A DNA stretch of 64,000 nucleotides, from assembly GCA_002269645.1 (NCBI GenBank), contig NIVC01000208.1, positions 372,001 through 436,000 of the forward strand, read 5' to 3'. This stretch comes from Macrostomum lignano (lineage: Eukaryota). Each line of letters starts with the position of its first letter. Positions within the stretch are counted from its first letter, which is position 1. Below the pieces are notes generated by a model. It saw nothing but the letters and a program-made list of their open reading frames with translations. It was not told the DNA's origin and searched no databases. Below are positions 1 through 12,382 of the stretch, in pieces. A program made the position numbers and the translations under genes.

Positions 1-420
1 CGCTATCTGGATCCGGAACCATAGCTACCACCTTGAACCAAACCTATCCGGAACCAAACCTACACGGAACCAAATCTACCTGGAACCAAAAACTACCCGG
101 AACCAAATCTACATGGAACCAAAAACTACTCGGAACCAAAACTACCTGGAACCAAATCTACATGGAACCAAAATTCCTCGACCCAAAACTACTCGGATCT
201 AAAACTACCTGGAACCAAAACTACCTGGAACCAAAACTACCTGGAACCAAAACTACCTGGAAACAAAACTACCTGGAACCAAAACTACCTGGAACCGAAA
301 CTACCTGGAACCAAAACTACCTGGAACCAAAACTACCTGGAACCAAAACTACCTGGAACCAAAACTACCTGGAACCAAATCTACATGGAACCAAAATTCC
401 TCGACCCAAAACTACCCGGA
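1..420. repeat. Minisatellite, ~16-bp unit GGAACCAAAACTACCT, in POLA1 intron 1
   Basis: Tandem units are directly visible. It explains the spurious ORF 33..425. Confidence 0.9.
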
Positions 421-448
421 ACTGAAACTGAAAAATCAAATCGCTCAC

Positions 449-1899
449 TTATTCTGCCCATTACTAAGAGGCACGGCCACTTTGCCGAACAGAAACACAG
501 TTCCCGGATGATGTCCAGAATCGTCCCAAGCGTCAAGCCAATAGAATCGCAAAGCTTTAGCTCCCTGCTCGTCGCCAGCAACATCAACTTCCGGAAGATC
601 GTCAATCGTAGACATCATCCCAGAGTTATTCTTTGCTACAACATCCGGCACAGATTCGGTCTCATTGGCTCCATATTCAAGCCAGTCGCCAGCAGATGCG
701 GCCGACACAGAGGCAGCCGCAGCCGCAGCCGCAGCAGCCCAAGGCTCCACAATGGTAGCTGAGCTACGATTCAATTTAGCTGACGCTTCCGCATCCGACA
801 CTCCCGAAACTGATGAAGCATTGCCTGCACCGCCGGCACCGCTTCCTGCAGCAACAGTACTAGCAGTAGTAGTATTATTAACATCCGAACTAGATGCTGC
901 CATGGTTTCAAATGGTTCATCAAAATCTGCCAAAATCTCGTCCGTCAAATCGCCACCAGAAGCTTCCAAAAGACGTTTACGCTCCTCGGCGTCCAGTTGC
1001 TCTTTTCGACGCGCGTCGCGCTCTCGCTGCTCTTTGCGACGCTGACGACGTTGGAGTTGAGCAGCCGGAGACGACGTGTCGATAGGAGCAATAACCGGAG
1101 CCGGTCCTGCGGCAAGCGAAGAGCGCGATCGAGGCGTCGGTGGAGTCGACGGTAGCGGCGGAGCCTGATTCGTTGACGAAGACAATCTCGGTCGCTTGAC
1201 CTGATGCTCCTCCGTAACCCCCTCTTCCTCGTCGCGAAGTGAACAAAGAAGCGATTCTAAATCGTCATCAAGCGCAGCTTCATCATCGGCAGCTGGAGCG
1301 GAAGCCGGCGCATCCGACGGCGTTCGACGCTTTTTACGAATCGATTCGTCAATTTGAGCTCGCATAAACATGGATTTAATATTGCCGCTACCGCTGCTGC
1401 TGGCTGCAAGTTTTTTAGCTGCACTCTCGGCGTCTCGGGCGATAAACGGATTGCGTTTTTTGCCTGACTGTTGCTGCTGCTTGCCTTTGCCGTCTTTCGC
1501 CGCAGAAGCGGCCTGAGCTTCGGCTTCAAGGCGTTCAGCATTCCGCTTAGTATAACCGTAAGCTTCATCGTCAACAATCCAGTCGTCATCTTCGGAATCG
1601 TAATCATCATCATCGCTGGCTTTCTTCCCAGCATCCTCATCGTCGTCATCATCCAAGTCAACTCGATCAACAACCGGGCGCAGCTTCTTGCCCTTCATCT
1701 TGGCGTCTCGAAGCCGGCTGAGCATCTCCAGACGATTGGCTTTCCGCTCGCTGACGCCCGAACGTCGACCGCGACGTTGAGCTACCGTAGCGGTGGCATC
1801 GTCGCCACTACCGTCGCTGTCATCGCGACAACGATGTCGATTCGACGTCTCCTCTTCTTCGTCGTTGAACATGGCGCTTCTTCCGCGTTTGGAAGGCAT
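449..1899 (-). CDS. POLA1: DNA polymerase alpha catalytic subunit, first coding exon (gene continues beyond the left window edge)
   Basis: Contains the N-terminal DDDWIVDD-x-YGY motif and LRFYWLDAWDD...PGTVFLFGKV, both typical of Pol alpha p180. Donor AA|GTGAGC at 448-447. Confidence 0.9.
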
Positions 1900-2556
1900 G
1901 CTAAGTTGCTTGATTTTGTCTTTTTGTTTTGTTCAAGTTCAACTGCACTGAAAGTGGAGCATACGATTTTTTACAATAGAAAATAGATTCTTGAGTCGTC
2001 GCTGGGATTATATAGACTTTATTTTTTATTTTATAGACGACTTTTTGGCAACTCTTTTACGATCCTGCAACTCAACAGTCGCCTCTCCGTCGTCACAAAA
2101 GTAACTATAGTGAGTTGTTTTCAATGACTCTTAATAGCGATTCAGCAGCAAATTCACGATTAATAAACAAAGTATATAAAGCAGGTATATGACAAAATTA
2201 ATAATAACGCAGTGTAATTATGTATTTTTTCAAAACACCTACCTAAGAGCATCGCTAGACTACTTACAATAGAGTTGCCTGCTTTTCTTCTAAAAGTGGA
2301 ATGCTCAGCATAAACAAATGTTCAGTTTTTGATCTAAAATAAATAGTATAATAATTCATCACAGCCAATCTATAAGAACTTGACAGATTAATACTAGTAT
2401 AAATGTAAGAGAATGAGTTAATAAAAAAAACTGTAAGCAGAATTTGAAGCGGATTCCTGCCGCCATTGTTTTTAGTTGCTTAGTAACAAAAATTTAGTCG
2501 TACTTATGTATCAGATACTAAACTGTAAAATAATTGTACTGTCAATCTACATAATA

Positions 2557-3866
2557 CGAGGGTCACTCAGAAAGTTCTTAGCCTGAACACGAAAACAGCA
2601 ACAAATGAACTAAAAAACGACTACAAGTGCTCAAAATACTCTCCACCGGCATTGATACAGGCTTGCATCCTGTGAAACCAGCTGTCAAAGCACTGCCGCC
2701 AATCCTCATCCCGGAGCTCTTCGATGATGTTTTTGAACTCATTCACAGCTTCTTCCGGTGAAGAAAAGACCTGACCCTTCAGAATCTCCTTGCACTTCGG
2801 AAACAGAAAAAAGTCGCACGGTGCCAGGTCTGGACTATACGCAGGGTGAGTCATCAGCTGGACCCCACAGTCAGCCAGAAACTCAAGAGTTTGAGCCGCC
2901 GTGTGCTCGCTGGCGTTGTCGTGGTGCAGAAGCACCCCGCGCATTCCGCACCTTGGGCGCCTCTGGCTCACAGCAGAAAAGACTTTGGGCAGGCAAACCG
3001 TTGTGTACCAGTCAGCGGTGACTGTCTGGCGATCTTCAAGTGAAACGGAAGCCACATGCCCAGTGCGCATGAAGAAACAGGCCACCATCTGCTTGCCGAC
3101 ACTCCGGCTGCGTCGAAACTTGGTGGGGCTGTCCTCGTCTCCAAAGGTCCACATGGCTGACTGGCGCTTGCTTTCGGGGTCGTATTGATAAATCCAGGTC
3201 TCATCGCCCGTGAGGATGTCCCAGATACGCCGGCTGGTCCCAGATTCGAATTTCTGCAGCATGAATCGGCACCAAGCCACCCTGGTGTCCTTCTGCACGT
3301 CCGACAGCTGATGGGGGATCCACCGGGAAGCCAGCTTCCGCACTCCAAGGTGTTCGTGCAGAATGGCGTGCACACTACCCGATCCAATACCGATCTCCTG
3401 CTGGATCTGCTGGTAGGTCACTCGCCGGTCAGCGGCAATCATGCTGGACACAGCGCAGATATTTTCTGGAGTCACTGCGTCACAGGGTCTCCCGGATCGA
3501 TGTTCATCTTCGAGGCTTTCTCGACCTCGGCGAAACTCAGCGAACCAGTTTTTGACGGTTGCGTATGAAGGACATACATGGGTAAAAACGTTCTGTAAAG
3601 TTTGATACGATTCGGTCGGCGACTTGCCTTGCTTGAAGTGCAAGTAAATCATTGCTCTGAAGTCGCGATTTTCCAGCTTCATTGTTGAATTGAAGAACTC
3701 AGGGGGTGAACTGACTTTAACTCGCTGCAGTGGACTCAAAAGTGGCTGCTTCTGTTTGAAATTTTTGTTGCAATACTTTTAAAAGTTGGTCTTTACCATA
3801 GACAAATTTCATGCTTCTACGTCTCGTGGATCCTACTCAGGCTAAAGACTTTCTGAGTGACCCTCG
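2557..3866 (-). mobile_element. Mariner (Tc1/mariner, D,D34D) DNA transposon, full length, 1310 bp
   Basis: 30-bp TIRs CGAGGGTCACTCAGAAAGT(TC/CT)TTAGCCTGA at 2557-2586 and 3837-3866, TA duplication at 2555-2556 and 3867-3868, and an intact transposase ORF. Confidence 0.95.
2621..3682 (-). CDS. Mariner transposase, 353 aa, uninterrupted
   Basis: ATG of MKLENRDFRAMI at 3682. Motifs WIPHQL, TGDETW, HHDNA and YSPDLAPCDFFLF are present, with 34 residues between the second and third catalytic Asp. Confidence 0.93.
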   Translation of the reverse strand: MKLENRDFRAMIYLHFKQGKSPTESYQTLQNVFTHVCPSYATVKNWFAEFRRGRESLEDEHRSGRPCDAVTPENICAVSSMIAADRRVTYQQIQQEIGIGSGSVHAILHEHLGVRKLASRWIPHQLSDVQKDTRVAWCRFMLQKFESGTSRRIWDILTGDETWIYQYDPESKRQSAMWTFGDEDSPTKFRRSRSVGKQMVACFFMRTGHVASVSLEDRQTVTADWYTTVCLPKVFSAVSQRRPRCGMRGVLLHHDNASEHTAAQTLEFLADCGVQLMTHPAYSPDLAPCDFFLFPKCKEILKGQVFSSPEEAVNEFKNIIEELRDEDWRQCFDSWFHRMQACINAGGEYFEHL

Positions 3867-3974
3867 TAAAGTACAACTGTACCGTATTTCTTCCTAGATG
3901 AATGGACGGTTGATGTATTTTTAATAACTCGACAACAATATCAAGTGTGTCACAAATAGCCTGTCCAGGGTCAT

Positions 3975-5115
3975 AATGGGGAGTTGCTGAGATGCCATGA
4001 CTCACCAGGGGGAGTTGCTGAGATGCCATGGCTCACCAGGGGGGGGGGAGTTGCTGAGATGCCATGGCTCACCAGGGGGAGTTGCTGAGATGCCATGGCT
4101 TACCAGGGGGAGTTGCTGAGATGCCATGGCTCACCAGGGGGGGGGGAGTTGCTGAGATGCCATGGCTCACCAGGGGGGGAGTTGCTGAGATGCCATGGCT
4201 CACCAGGGGGAGTTGCTGAGATGCCATGGCTCACCAGGGGGAGTTGCTGAGATGCCATGGCTCACCAGGGGCAGTTGCTGAGATGCCATGGCTCAACAGG
4301 GGGAGTTGCTGAGATGCCATGGCTCACCAGGGGGAGTTGCTGAGATGCCATGGCTCACCAGGGGGAGTTGCTGAGATGCCAAGGCTCACCAGGGGGAGTT
4401 GCTGAGATGCCATGGCTCACCAGGGGGGGGGGGGTTGCTGAGATGCCATGGCTCACCAGGGGGAGTTGCTGAGATGCCATGGCTCACCAGGGGGGGGGGG
4501 GTTGCTGAGATGCCATGGCTCACCAGGGGGAGTTGCTGAGATGCCATGGCTCACCAGGGGGAGTTGCTGAGATGCCATGGCTCACCAGGGGGGGTTGCTG
4601 AGATGCCATGGCTCACCAGGGGGAGTTGCTGAGATGCCATGGCTCACCAGGGGGGGGGTTGCTGAGATGCCATGGCTCACCAGGGGGAGTTGCTGAGATG
4701 CCATGGCTCACCAGGGGGAGTTGCTGAGATGCCATGGCTCACCAGGGGGAGTTGCTGAGATGCCATGGCTCACCAGGGGGAGTTGCTGAGATGTCATGGC
4801 TCACCAGGGGGGGGGGTTGCTGAGATGCCATGGCTCACCAGGGGGAGTTGCTGAGATGCCATGGCTCACCAGGGGGAGTTGCTGAGATGCCATGGCTCAC
4901 CACGGGGGGGGGGTTGCTGAGATGCCATGGCTCATCAGGGGGAGTTGCTGAGATGCCATGGCTCACCAGGGGGAGTTGCTGAGATGCCATGGCTCACCAG
5001 GGGAGTTGCTGAGATGCCAAGGCTTACCAGGGGGAGTTGCTGAGATGCCATGGCTCACCAGGGGAGTTGCTGAGATGCCATGGCTCACCAGGGGGAGTTG
5101 CTGAGATGCCATGGC
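3975..5115. repeat. Minisatellite, ~30-bp unit GGGGGAGTTGCTGAGATGCCATGGCTCACCA with a variable G run
   Basis: Directly visible tandem array between the CEP83 polyA signal (AATAAA on minus, ~5163-5168) and the mariner. Confidence 0.92.
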
Positions 5116-5262
5116 ACTGTCATCAATTAGCATTCGTACATTGGCTTTGGACAACACTTAGTTTTATTTGTAAGGTAAAAAAAAACTCACGCAATAATAA
5201 ATAAAATTAAATCACAGTTACATCTCGCCTATTGAATCTAAAAAACTAAACAGACAAATAGT

Positions 5263-8200
5263 TTAACGCGTCCCAGCTGACAGCAGGCTGGTAACCTGAG
5301 CCATCTGCTCTCTCTGCTGACTATCTAGCCTATCCAATCGGCTTCTCAACTCTTCCATTGCTTGTTCTTCTTCTGCTCCGCTCCAGGCGGCGGCGGCGGC
5401 GGATTTCCCGCCCGGAATGCCGAGTTCCCGGCTGGCGGAACCCGGTTCCGGTGCGCGCGAAGTCATCAGAACGGAGCGGAAATCGCCTAGACGACGCTGA
5501 AGGTCGCGAAGCTCCTTGCGGACGCGATTGTATTCGTCGTGTGAGACGCCTTTGCGCAGGACTTCAACCTGTTTAGGAGTTGATTTATGGCAGTAGGGGC
5601 GGATTGAGCCAGTAGGGGGCGGATTGAGCCAGTAGGGGGGCGGATTGAGCCAGTAGGGGGGCGGATTGAGCCAGTAGGGTGCGGATTTAGCCAGTAGGGG
5701 GGCGGATTGAGCCAGTAGGGGGGGGGCGAATTGAATCAGTAGGGGGCATTTGCAGCCAGTAGGGAGCGGATGGAGCCAGTAGGTAGCAGATTGATCCTAA
5801 AGGGAGCGGATGGAGCCAGTAGGGAGCGGATTGAGCCAGTAGGGAGCGGATGGAGCCAGTAGGTAGCGGATGGAGCCAGTAGGGAGCGGATTGAGCCAGT
5901 AGGGAGCGGATTGAGCCAGTAGGGAGCGGATTTAGCCAGCAGGGGTGGATTGACCTAGTAGGGAGCGGATATTGTAGAATCAGTACGGGGGGCGGATTGA
6001 ATCAGTGGGGGCGGGTGGAGCCAGTAGGGAGCGGATTGATCCTAAAGGGAGCGGATGGAGCCAGTAGGGAGCGGATTGAGCCAGTAGGGAGCGGATGAAG
6101 CCAGTGGGTAGCGGATGGAGCCAGTAGGTAGCGGATGGAGCCAGTAGGGAGCGGATTGAGCCAGTAGGGAGCGGATTGAGCCAGTAGGGAGCGGATTGAG
6201 CCAGCAGGAGGCGGATTGACCTAGTAGGGAGCGGATATTGTAGAATCAGTACGGGGGGCGGATTGAATCAGTGGGGGCGGGTGGAGCCAGTAGGGAGCGG
6301 ATTGATCCTAAAGGGAGCGGATGGAGCCAGTAGGGAGCGGATTGAGCCAGTAGGGAGCGGATGGAGCCAGTAGGTAGCGGATGGAGCTAGTAGGGAGCGG
6401 ATGGAGCCAGTAGCGAGCGGATTGAGCCTAAAGAGAGCGGACTGAGCCAGCAGGGGGCGGATTGAGCCAGTAGGGAGCGGATATTGTAGAATCAGTAGGG
6501 GGGGGGCGGATTGAATCAGTGGGGGCCGGATGGAGCCAGTAGGGAGCGGATTGAGCCAGTTAAGGGAGCGGATGGAGCCAGTTAAGGGAGCGGATGGAGC
6601 CAGTAGGGAGCGGATTGAGCCAGTAGGGAGCGGATTGAGCCAGCAGGGGGCGGATTGACCCAATAGGGAGCGGATATTGTAGAATCAGTACGGGGGCGGA
6701 TTGAATCAGTGGGGGCGGATGGAGCCGGTAGGGAGCGGATGGAGCCAGTAGGGAGCTCACCTGGGCGCCCAGCTCGCACTCCTTCGCCTCGGCAAGCTCA
6801 GCCCGCTCCCTGGCAGACCGAACCGCGGCAGAGTACTTGTGCTTCTTCTTGCGCCATTCCTCTTTAGCCCGATTGAACTCTCTGGATTTTGCTTCAACTG
6901 CGGACTCGGCGCCGGCCAGAGCTTCCGTCAGACGGCGAATTTCCGGCCGCAACTCGCGCTCGATTGTGGCCTGCAATCAATTGCGCCATGCGTCATAGGA
7001 AACTGTTTGAGCGGAGCGTCTTTCTCTTGCTATTAGTTGATAGCCTTCATCTGTTTTAATCCCCCTTCCCTCTCTACTCTACTTCCTTCCCCCCTCTACT
7101 CTGCCCCAATTTCCTCTCTACACCGCCCCCTTTCCTCACTACTCCGCGATTCGATCTCTACTCCGTTCCTTCCCTCTCTACCCCCCTCCCTCTCTACCCC
7201 CTTCCCTCTCTACCCCCCCCTCCCTCTCTACCCCCCTTCCCTCTCTACCCCCTCCCTCTCTACCCCCTCCCTCTCTACCCCCCTTCCCTCTCTACCCCCT
7301 TCCCTCTCTACCCCTTCCCTCTCTACCCCCTTCCCTCTCTACCCCTTCCCTCTCTACCCCCTTCCCTCTCTACCCCTCCCTCTCTACCCCCTCCCTCTCT
7401 ACCCCCCTTCCCTCTCTACCCCTTCCCTCTCTACCCCCTCCCTCTCTACCCCCCTTCCCTCTCTACCCCTTCCCTCTCTACCCCCTCCCTCTCTACCCCT
7501 TCCCTCTCCCCCTCCCTCTCTACCCCCTTCCCTCTCCCCCTCCCTCTCTACCCCCTTCCCTCTCTACCCCCTTCCCTCTCCCCCCTTCCCTCTCTACTCC
7601 GCCCTCATACCTCTCTACACCGCCTCTTTCCATCTACTCCGCCTCAGTGTCCCAGGCATTCAGGCATTCCCAAAGCGCGCACCTGAACCTGACGCAGTTC
7701 TCTCTGCGCCTCTAATCGTTCAGACTTCGCCTCCTCAAGTGCATCCAGAGTGTCCGCTGCGGCGGCAGCCTCAGCTTCGTGTCGACGCAGACGCGACTCT
7801 AATTCGTCTCTGGCCTCCGTCTGTGTACGCAGCTCGCGTTCGAGTCGTTCGATTCGCGATTCCAAGCTGGCCCGCTCGTCTGCGCTTGCCTTAGCCTCGG
7901 ACTCGGCTCGGGAGACCTATTGGTTAAAATACGAAAAAAAAGAATTGTTGCATTTAGCTTTATAAACGCTATACTTTAAGTACCCTACTTACAGTAAAAA
8001 TAGAAGTTTTATTTACTAAAATTAAAAATTAAAACTATTTGCTAAGTACACTACTTAAAGTAAAAATAGAAACAAATATCCTTTAAAAACTCACTCTCTC
8101 CTGACAGCGCTCTCGTTCAGCTCGAATCACGGAGTCAACTTCGGCCACTTTCTGCCTGGCAGTTTGCAGTTCACCTTCGGCGGCAATTTTCTCCGATTCA

Positions 8201-11200
8201 ATCTGTTGCCTAGCCTGCCATTCTTCTTCTCGTACAGCCTGCTCTCGACGGGCCAGCTGTCGCTCTCTATCCAAGGCGTCTCGCTCTAAACGGGACAGTT
8301 TAGAAGCGGCCAGACTCAGCCTATGCTGCAGGTCGTCTCTAACCGCTAGCAGCGAGTCGCGCTCGCGTTCGATAGCGCCTCGCTCTTGAGTCCACTGTAG
8401 CCTGACGGTGTTGAAAATATTATTAACATACCAATGGTAAATAGCAGTACCAATATAAAGTTTGTAATGGGCCAGATATGCTTTTACCCTACTAGTAGTA
8501 GTACCAATATAAAGTTTGTAATAGGCCAGATATGCTTTTACCCTACTAGTAGTAGTACCAATATAAAGTTTGTAATGGGCCAGATATGCTTTTACCCTAC
8601 TAGTAGTAGTACCAATATAAAGTTTGTAATGGGCCAGATATGCTTTTACCCTACTAGTAGTAGTACCAATATAAAGTTTGTAATAGGCCAGATATGCTTT
8701 TACCCTACTAGTAGTAGTACCAATATAAAGTTTGTAATAGGCCAGATATGCTTTTACCCTACTAGTAGTAGTACCAATATAAAGTTTGTAATAGGCCAGA
8801 TATGCTTTTACCCTACTAGTAGTAGTACCAATATAAAGTTTGTAATAGGCCAGATATGCTTTTACCCTACTAGTAGTAGTACCAATATAAAGTTTGTAAT
8901 AGGCCAGATATGCTTTTACCCTACTAGTAGTAGTACCAATATAAAGTTTGTAATAGGCCAGATATGCTTTTAACCTACTAGTAGTAGTACCAATATAAAG
9001 TTTGTAATAGGCCAGATATGCTTTTACCCTACTAGTAGTAGTACCAATTTAAAGTTTGTAATAGGCCAGATATGCTTTTACCCTACTAGTAGTAGTAACA
9101 ATATAAACAGTTTGTAATATGACCGATATGCATGTACTCTACTAGTATTAGTAATAATATAAACATTTTGTAATAGAGCAAATATGCTTTTACCCTACTA
9201 GTAGTAGTTCAATTTAGGGACCGGGATAGACAAGGAGTTTGAGTTGGGCGTGGGGAGAAGACACATCATTTTGAGCAGAGTGATTATAAACCTATTGCAT
9301 GCTTGTATTTATTTTCTATTTACATTATTTGAATGAATGAATTTCTTAGATGCCTGTCTGAATTATTTAAACTTATATACAGGAATGTAATCTACAATAG
9401 CTTAGAATCACAGAGTGTACATGCCTGATGATTAGAAGTCTAACAAAAGGCGGCTGTACACCCGGTGTGAGCGTGTGCATGAGTGCTGTGCCTGTGTACA
9501 GAATTCAACAATACAAAAGCCATTAACAGTCACTAACTTGGCATTATACATCTCCAGCTTGGCCTTGTGCTCCAATTCTTCTAATCGGCTTCTCAATTGG
9601 GCGGCATTTTTTTCAGCCTCAGCTGATCGGCCAGTCAGCTGCAGGTCCAGAGCTCGAGCCTCGGACAGTTCCCGTCCGGTATCGTCCAATTGCTGACGCA
9701 ACGATTCCCGTTCGGCATTTAATTGTCGAACATTTGATTGACAGTCGGCTAGTTGGCGTTCCAAAGTTCGAGCTCGCAGTTCGGCTGACTGCTGCTCGGT
9801 ATCGCGGCCGGTTCGAGCCTCTTCGAGTTCGCTGTCCAAAGCTTTGAGACGGGCTAGCAGCTGGGCGTTCTCTCTGCGAGGGGTGTTTAACATGGCGACA
9901 GCTTGTATATTGGTAGTACTACTTACTAAGTAGCCTACACGAATATTCGAATATATCAGTTTTTTGTAAGAGATTTTCTAAGTTTGTGAAGAATCCAGTT
10001 TGTGAAGCATCGAGTTTGGTGAAGAATCCAGTTAGTAAAGAATCCAGTTTGTGAAGAATCCAGTTTGGTGAAGAATCCAGTTTGTGAAGAATCCAGTTTG
10101 GTGAAGAATCCAGTTTGTGAAGAATCCAGTTTGTGAAGAATCCAGTTTGTGAAGAATCCAGTTTGGTGAAGAATCCAGTTTGTGAAGAATCCAGTTTGGT
10201 GAAGAATCCAGTTTGTGAAGAATCCAGTTTGTAAAGAATCCAGTTTGTAAAGAATCCAGTTGGTAAAGAATCCAGTTGGTGAAGAATCTAGTTTGTGAAA
10301 AATCCAGTTTGGTGAAGGATCCAGTTAGTGAAGAATCCAGTTGGTGAAGAATCCAGTTTGTAAAGAATCCAGTTGGTGAAGAATCTAGTTTGTGAAAAAT
10401 CCAGTTTGGTGAACAACCCAGTTTGTGAAAAATCCAGTTTGTGAAGAATCCAGTTTGTAAAGAATCCAGTTGGTGAAGAATCTAGTTTGTGAAAAATCCA
10501 GTTGGTGAAGAATCCAGTTGGTGAAGAATCCAGTTGGTGAAGAATCCAGTTTGTGAAAAATCCAGTTTGTGAAGAATCCAGTTGGTGAAGAATCCAGTTT
10601 GTGAAAAATCCAGTTTGTGAAGAATCCAGTTTGTGAAGAATCCCTCTGAAGGATTGCTACACATGAATTTGGAAGCTGCTCACCTGTACAGAGCCCGCAC
10701 CCGATCGGCAGGGTCGCTATCAGCCTGACGCTGCAGCAGAAAATCGCGCTCACGCCTTAGATTGGCAACTTCAGCGTCGTGCACAAGTTTTAATTCTTCA
10801 ATGACGCGAGAGTGCTCAGCTTTTGCGTGCTCAAGATCGCTGCGAGCGGCGGCGCTTTCGTAGCGCAATCGGTTCCATTCTTGGCGATGATAGGCGCTCT
10901 CTTGGGACAGCTGGGCGTACCGGTCTTTGTAGGCCAGTTCCAGATCTTCGGTCACCTGCTCATGCGTGGAGGTTATGGTTGGTGCTTTGGAGCCGCAACT
11001 ATCATGCCCCTATATTTTGCTGACTTTTGATCGAGCCCGTGCTTATGCACAGGCTGTACAGCAGCTCCCCAATATACAGTAGGGATATGGGAGAGATTAG
11101 AGGGGATAAATTAGAGGCAAAGCATAGGAGAGATTAGAAATAAATACAGAGATTAAAGAGAGTACAGATTACAGAGTAAATATTTGAGAGTAATGATTTG

Positions 11201-12365
11201 GGACTAGGGATTGGAGAGAGAGATTAAAGGGGAAAGATTAGAGACAGGAGAGATTAAAATGGGAAGAGATTAGAGACAGGAGAGATTAAAGGGGAAGAGA
11301 TTAGAGACAGGAGAGATTAAAGGGGAAGAGATTAGAGACAGGAGAGATTAAAGGGGAAGAGATTAGAGACAGGAGAGATTAAAGGGGGAAGAGATTTGAG
11401 ACAGGAGAGATTAAAGGGAGAAGAGATTAGAGGAAAAAGATTAGAGACAGGAGAGATTAAAATGGGAAGAGATTAGAGACAGGAGAGATTAAAGGGGAAG
11501 AGATTAGAGACAGGAGAGATTAAAGGGGAAGAGATTAGAGACAGGAGAGATTAAAGGGGAAGAGATTAGAGACAGGAGAGATTAAAGGGGGAAGAGATTT
11601 GAGACAGGAGAGATTAAAGGGAGAAGAGATTAGAGGAAAAAGATTAGAGACAGGAAAGATTAAAGGGGAAGGAAGGGGAGTAGAGATTAGAGGAAAGAGA
11701 TTAGAGAGTAAGATTAGAGAGGGAAGAGATTAGAGAAAGTAGAGATTAGAGAGGGAAGGGATTAGAGAGAGTAAGATTAGAGAGGGAAGAGATTAGAGAG
11801 AGTAGAGATTAGAGACGGGGAAAGAAGAGATTATAGAGAGAGAGATTAAAGAGGGAAGAGATTACAGAGGAGAAATGAAGGGGGATTAAAGATATGAGAG
11901 TAAACAGGTAAGCGAGATAAAACAATAAACGAGAGGACACTAAAACCAAAAAAGCCCTCAGCTTACCTGCGCTTTAATCATCTCCAATTTCTGCGCATTC
12001 AATCCTTGCAATTTGGCCTCCTCTAATTCGGCTCTAGCATCGTCGCGTTCTTTCTTAGCTGCGTGCAACGTGTCGTTAAGCCGCTCCTGAGCGGCTCGAC
12101 TCTCTTCCAATGTAGTTTTCAACTGCCTCTCCAAGTTGGCATACTGTTCCTGCAGTTGCGAATGCTTCGCTTTTAATAACTGAAAATTGCTCCGATGCTG
12201 ATCGGATCTCAGGCGCTCCTCCGATAGGGCGCGAGCGTAGCCCAAGCCTCCGGCGCCGTCTGATTCTAAGAAATTTAATGGGCTCTGCGTAGCGCTGCGA
12301 GTCACTCGAAGAGACGATGGACCAGCTGGGGGCTGCCCGGATGCTGCGGCCGAGGATGATGCCAT
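5263..12365 (-). CDS. CEP83: Centrosomal protein CEP83 (CCDC41) orthologue, 7 exons, ~687 aa. Exons: 12365-11967, 10955-10684, 9873-9538, 8401-8095, 7916-7683, 6970-6761, 5568-5263
   Basis: All junctions are GT-AG and phase-consistent. ALSEERLRSDQHRSNFQLLKAKH, KLQGLNAQKLEMIKAQ and VSHDEYNRVRKELRDLQRRLGDFRSVL match my recollection of human CEP83 ([62 protein letters not shown]). Confidence 0.88.
5592..6756. repeat. Minisatellite, ~19-20-bp unit GGGAGCGGATTGAGCCAGTA, with higher-order blocks, filling CEP83 intron 6
   Basis: Directly visible. It starts a few nt after the donor at 6760. Confidence 0.9.
7150..7610. repeat. C-rich minisatellite, ~16-bp unit CCTTCCCTCTCTACCC, in CEP83 intron 5
   Basis: Directly visible. 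Confidence 0.88.
8446..9200. repeat. 54-bp minisatellite in CEP83 intron 3
   Basis: Near-identical 54-bp units (18-aa periodicity in spurious ORF 8434..8973) that degenerate at the right end. Confidence 0.92.
9980..10632. repeat. Minisatellite, ~16-17-bp unit GTGAAGAATCCAGTTT, in CEP83 intron 2
   Basis: Directly visible. Confidence 0.9.
11200..11860. repeat. Purine-rich minisatellite, ~31-bp unit GAGATTAGAGACAGGAGAGATTAAAGGGGAA, in CEP83 intron 1
   Basis: Directly visible. Confidence 0.88.
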
Positions 12366-12382
12366 GCTGCGGGTAAGAGATT

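Noticed and set aside
665-1986. Plus-strand and alternate-frame ORFs over POLA1 exon 1 (and similar ones over FET and CEP83 exons)
   Set aside because: Shadow ORFs of GC-rich, low-complexity coding sequence.
2105-2115. ACTCACTATAG on the minus strand, matching the tail of the T7 promoter
   Set aside because: Only 11 nt match and there is no vector context, so it is consistent with chance.
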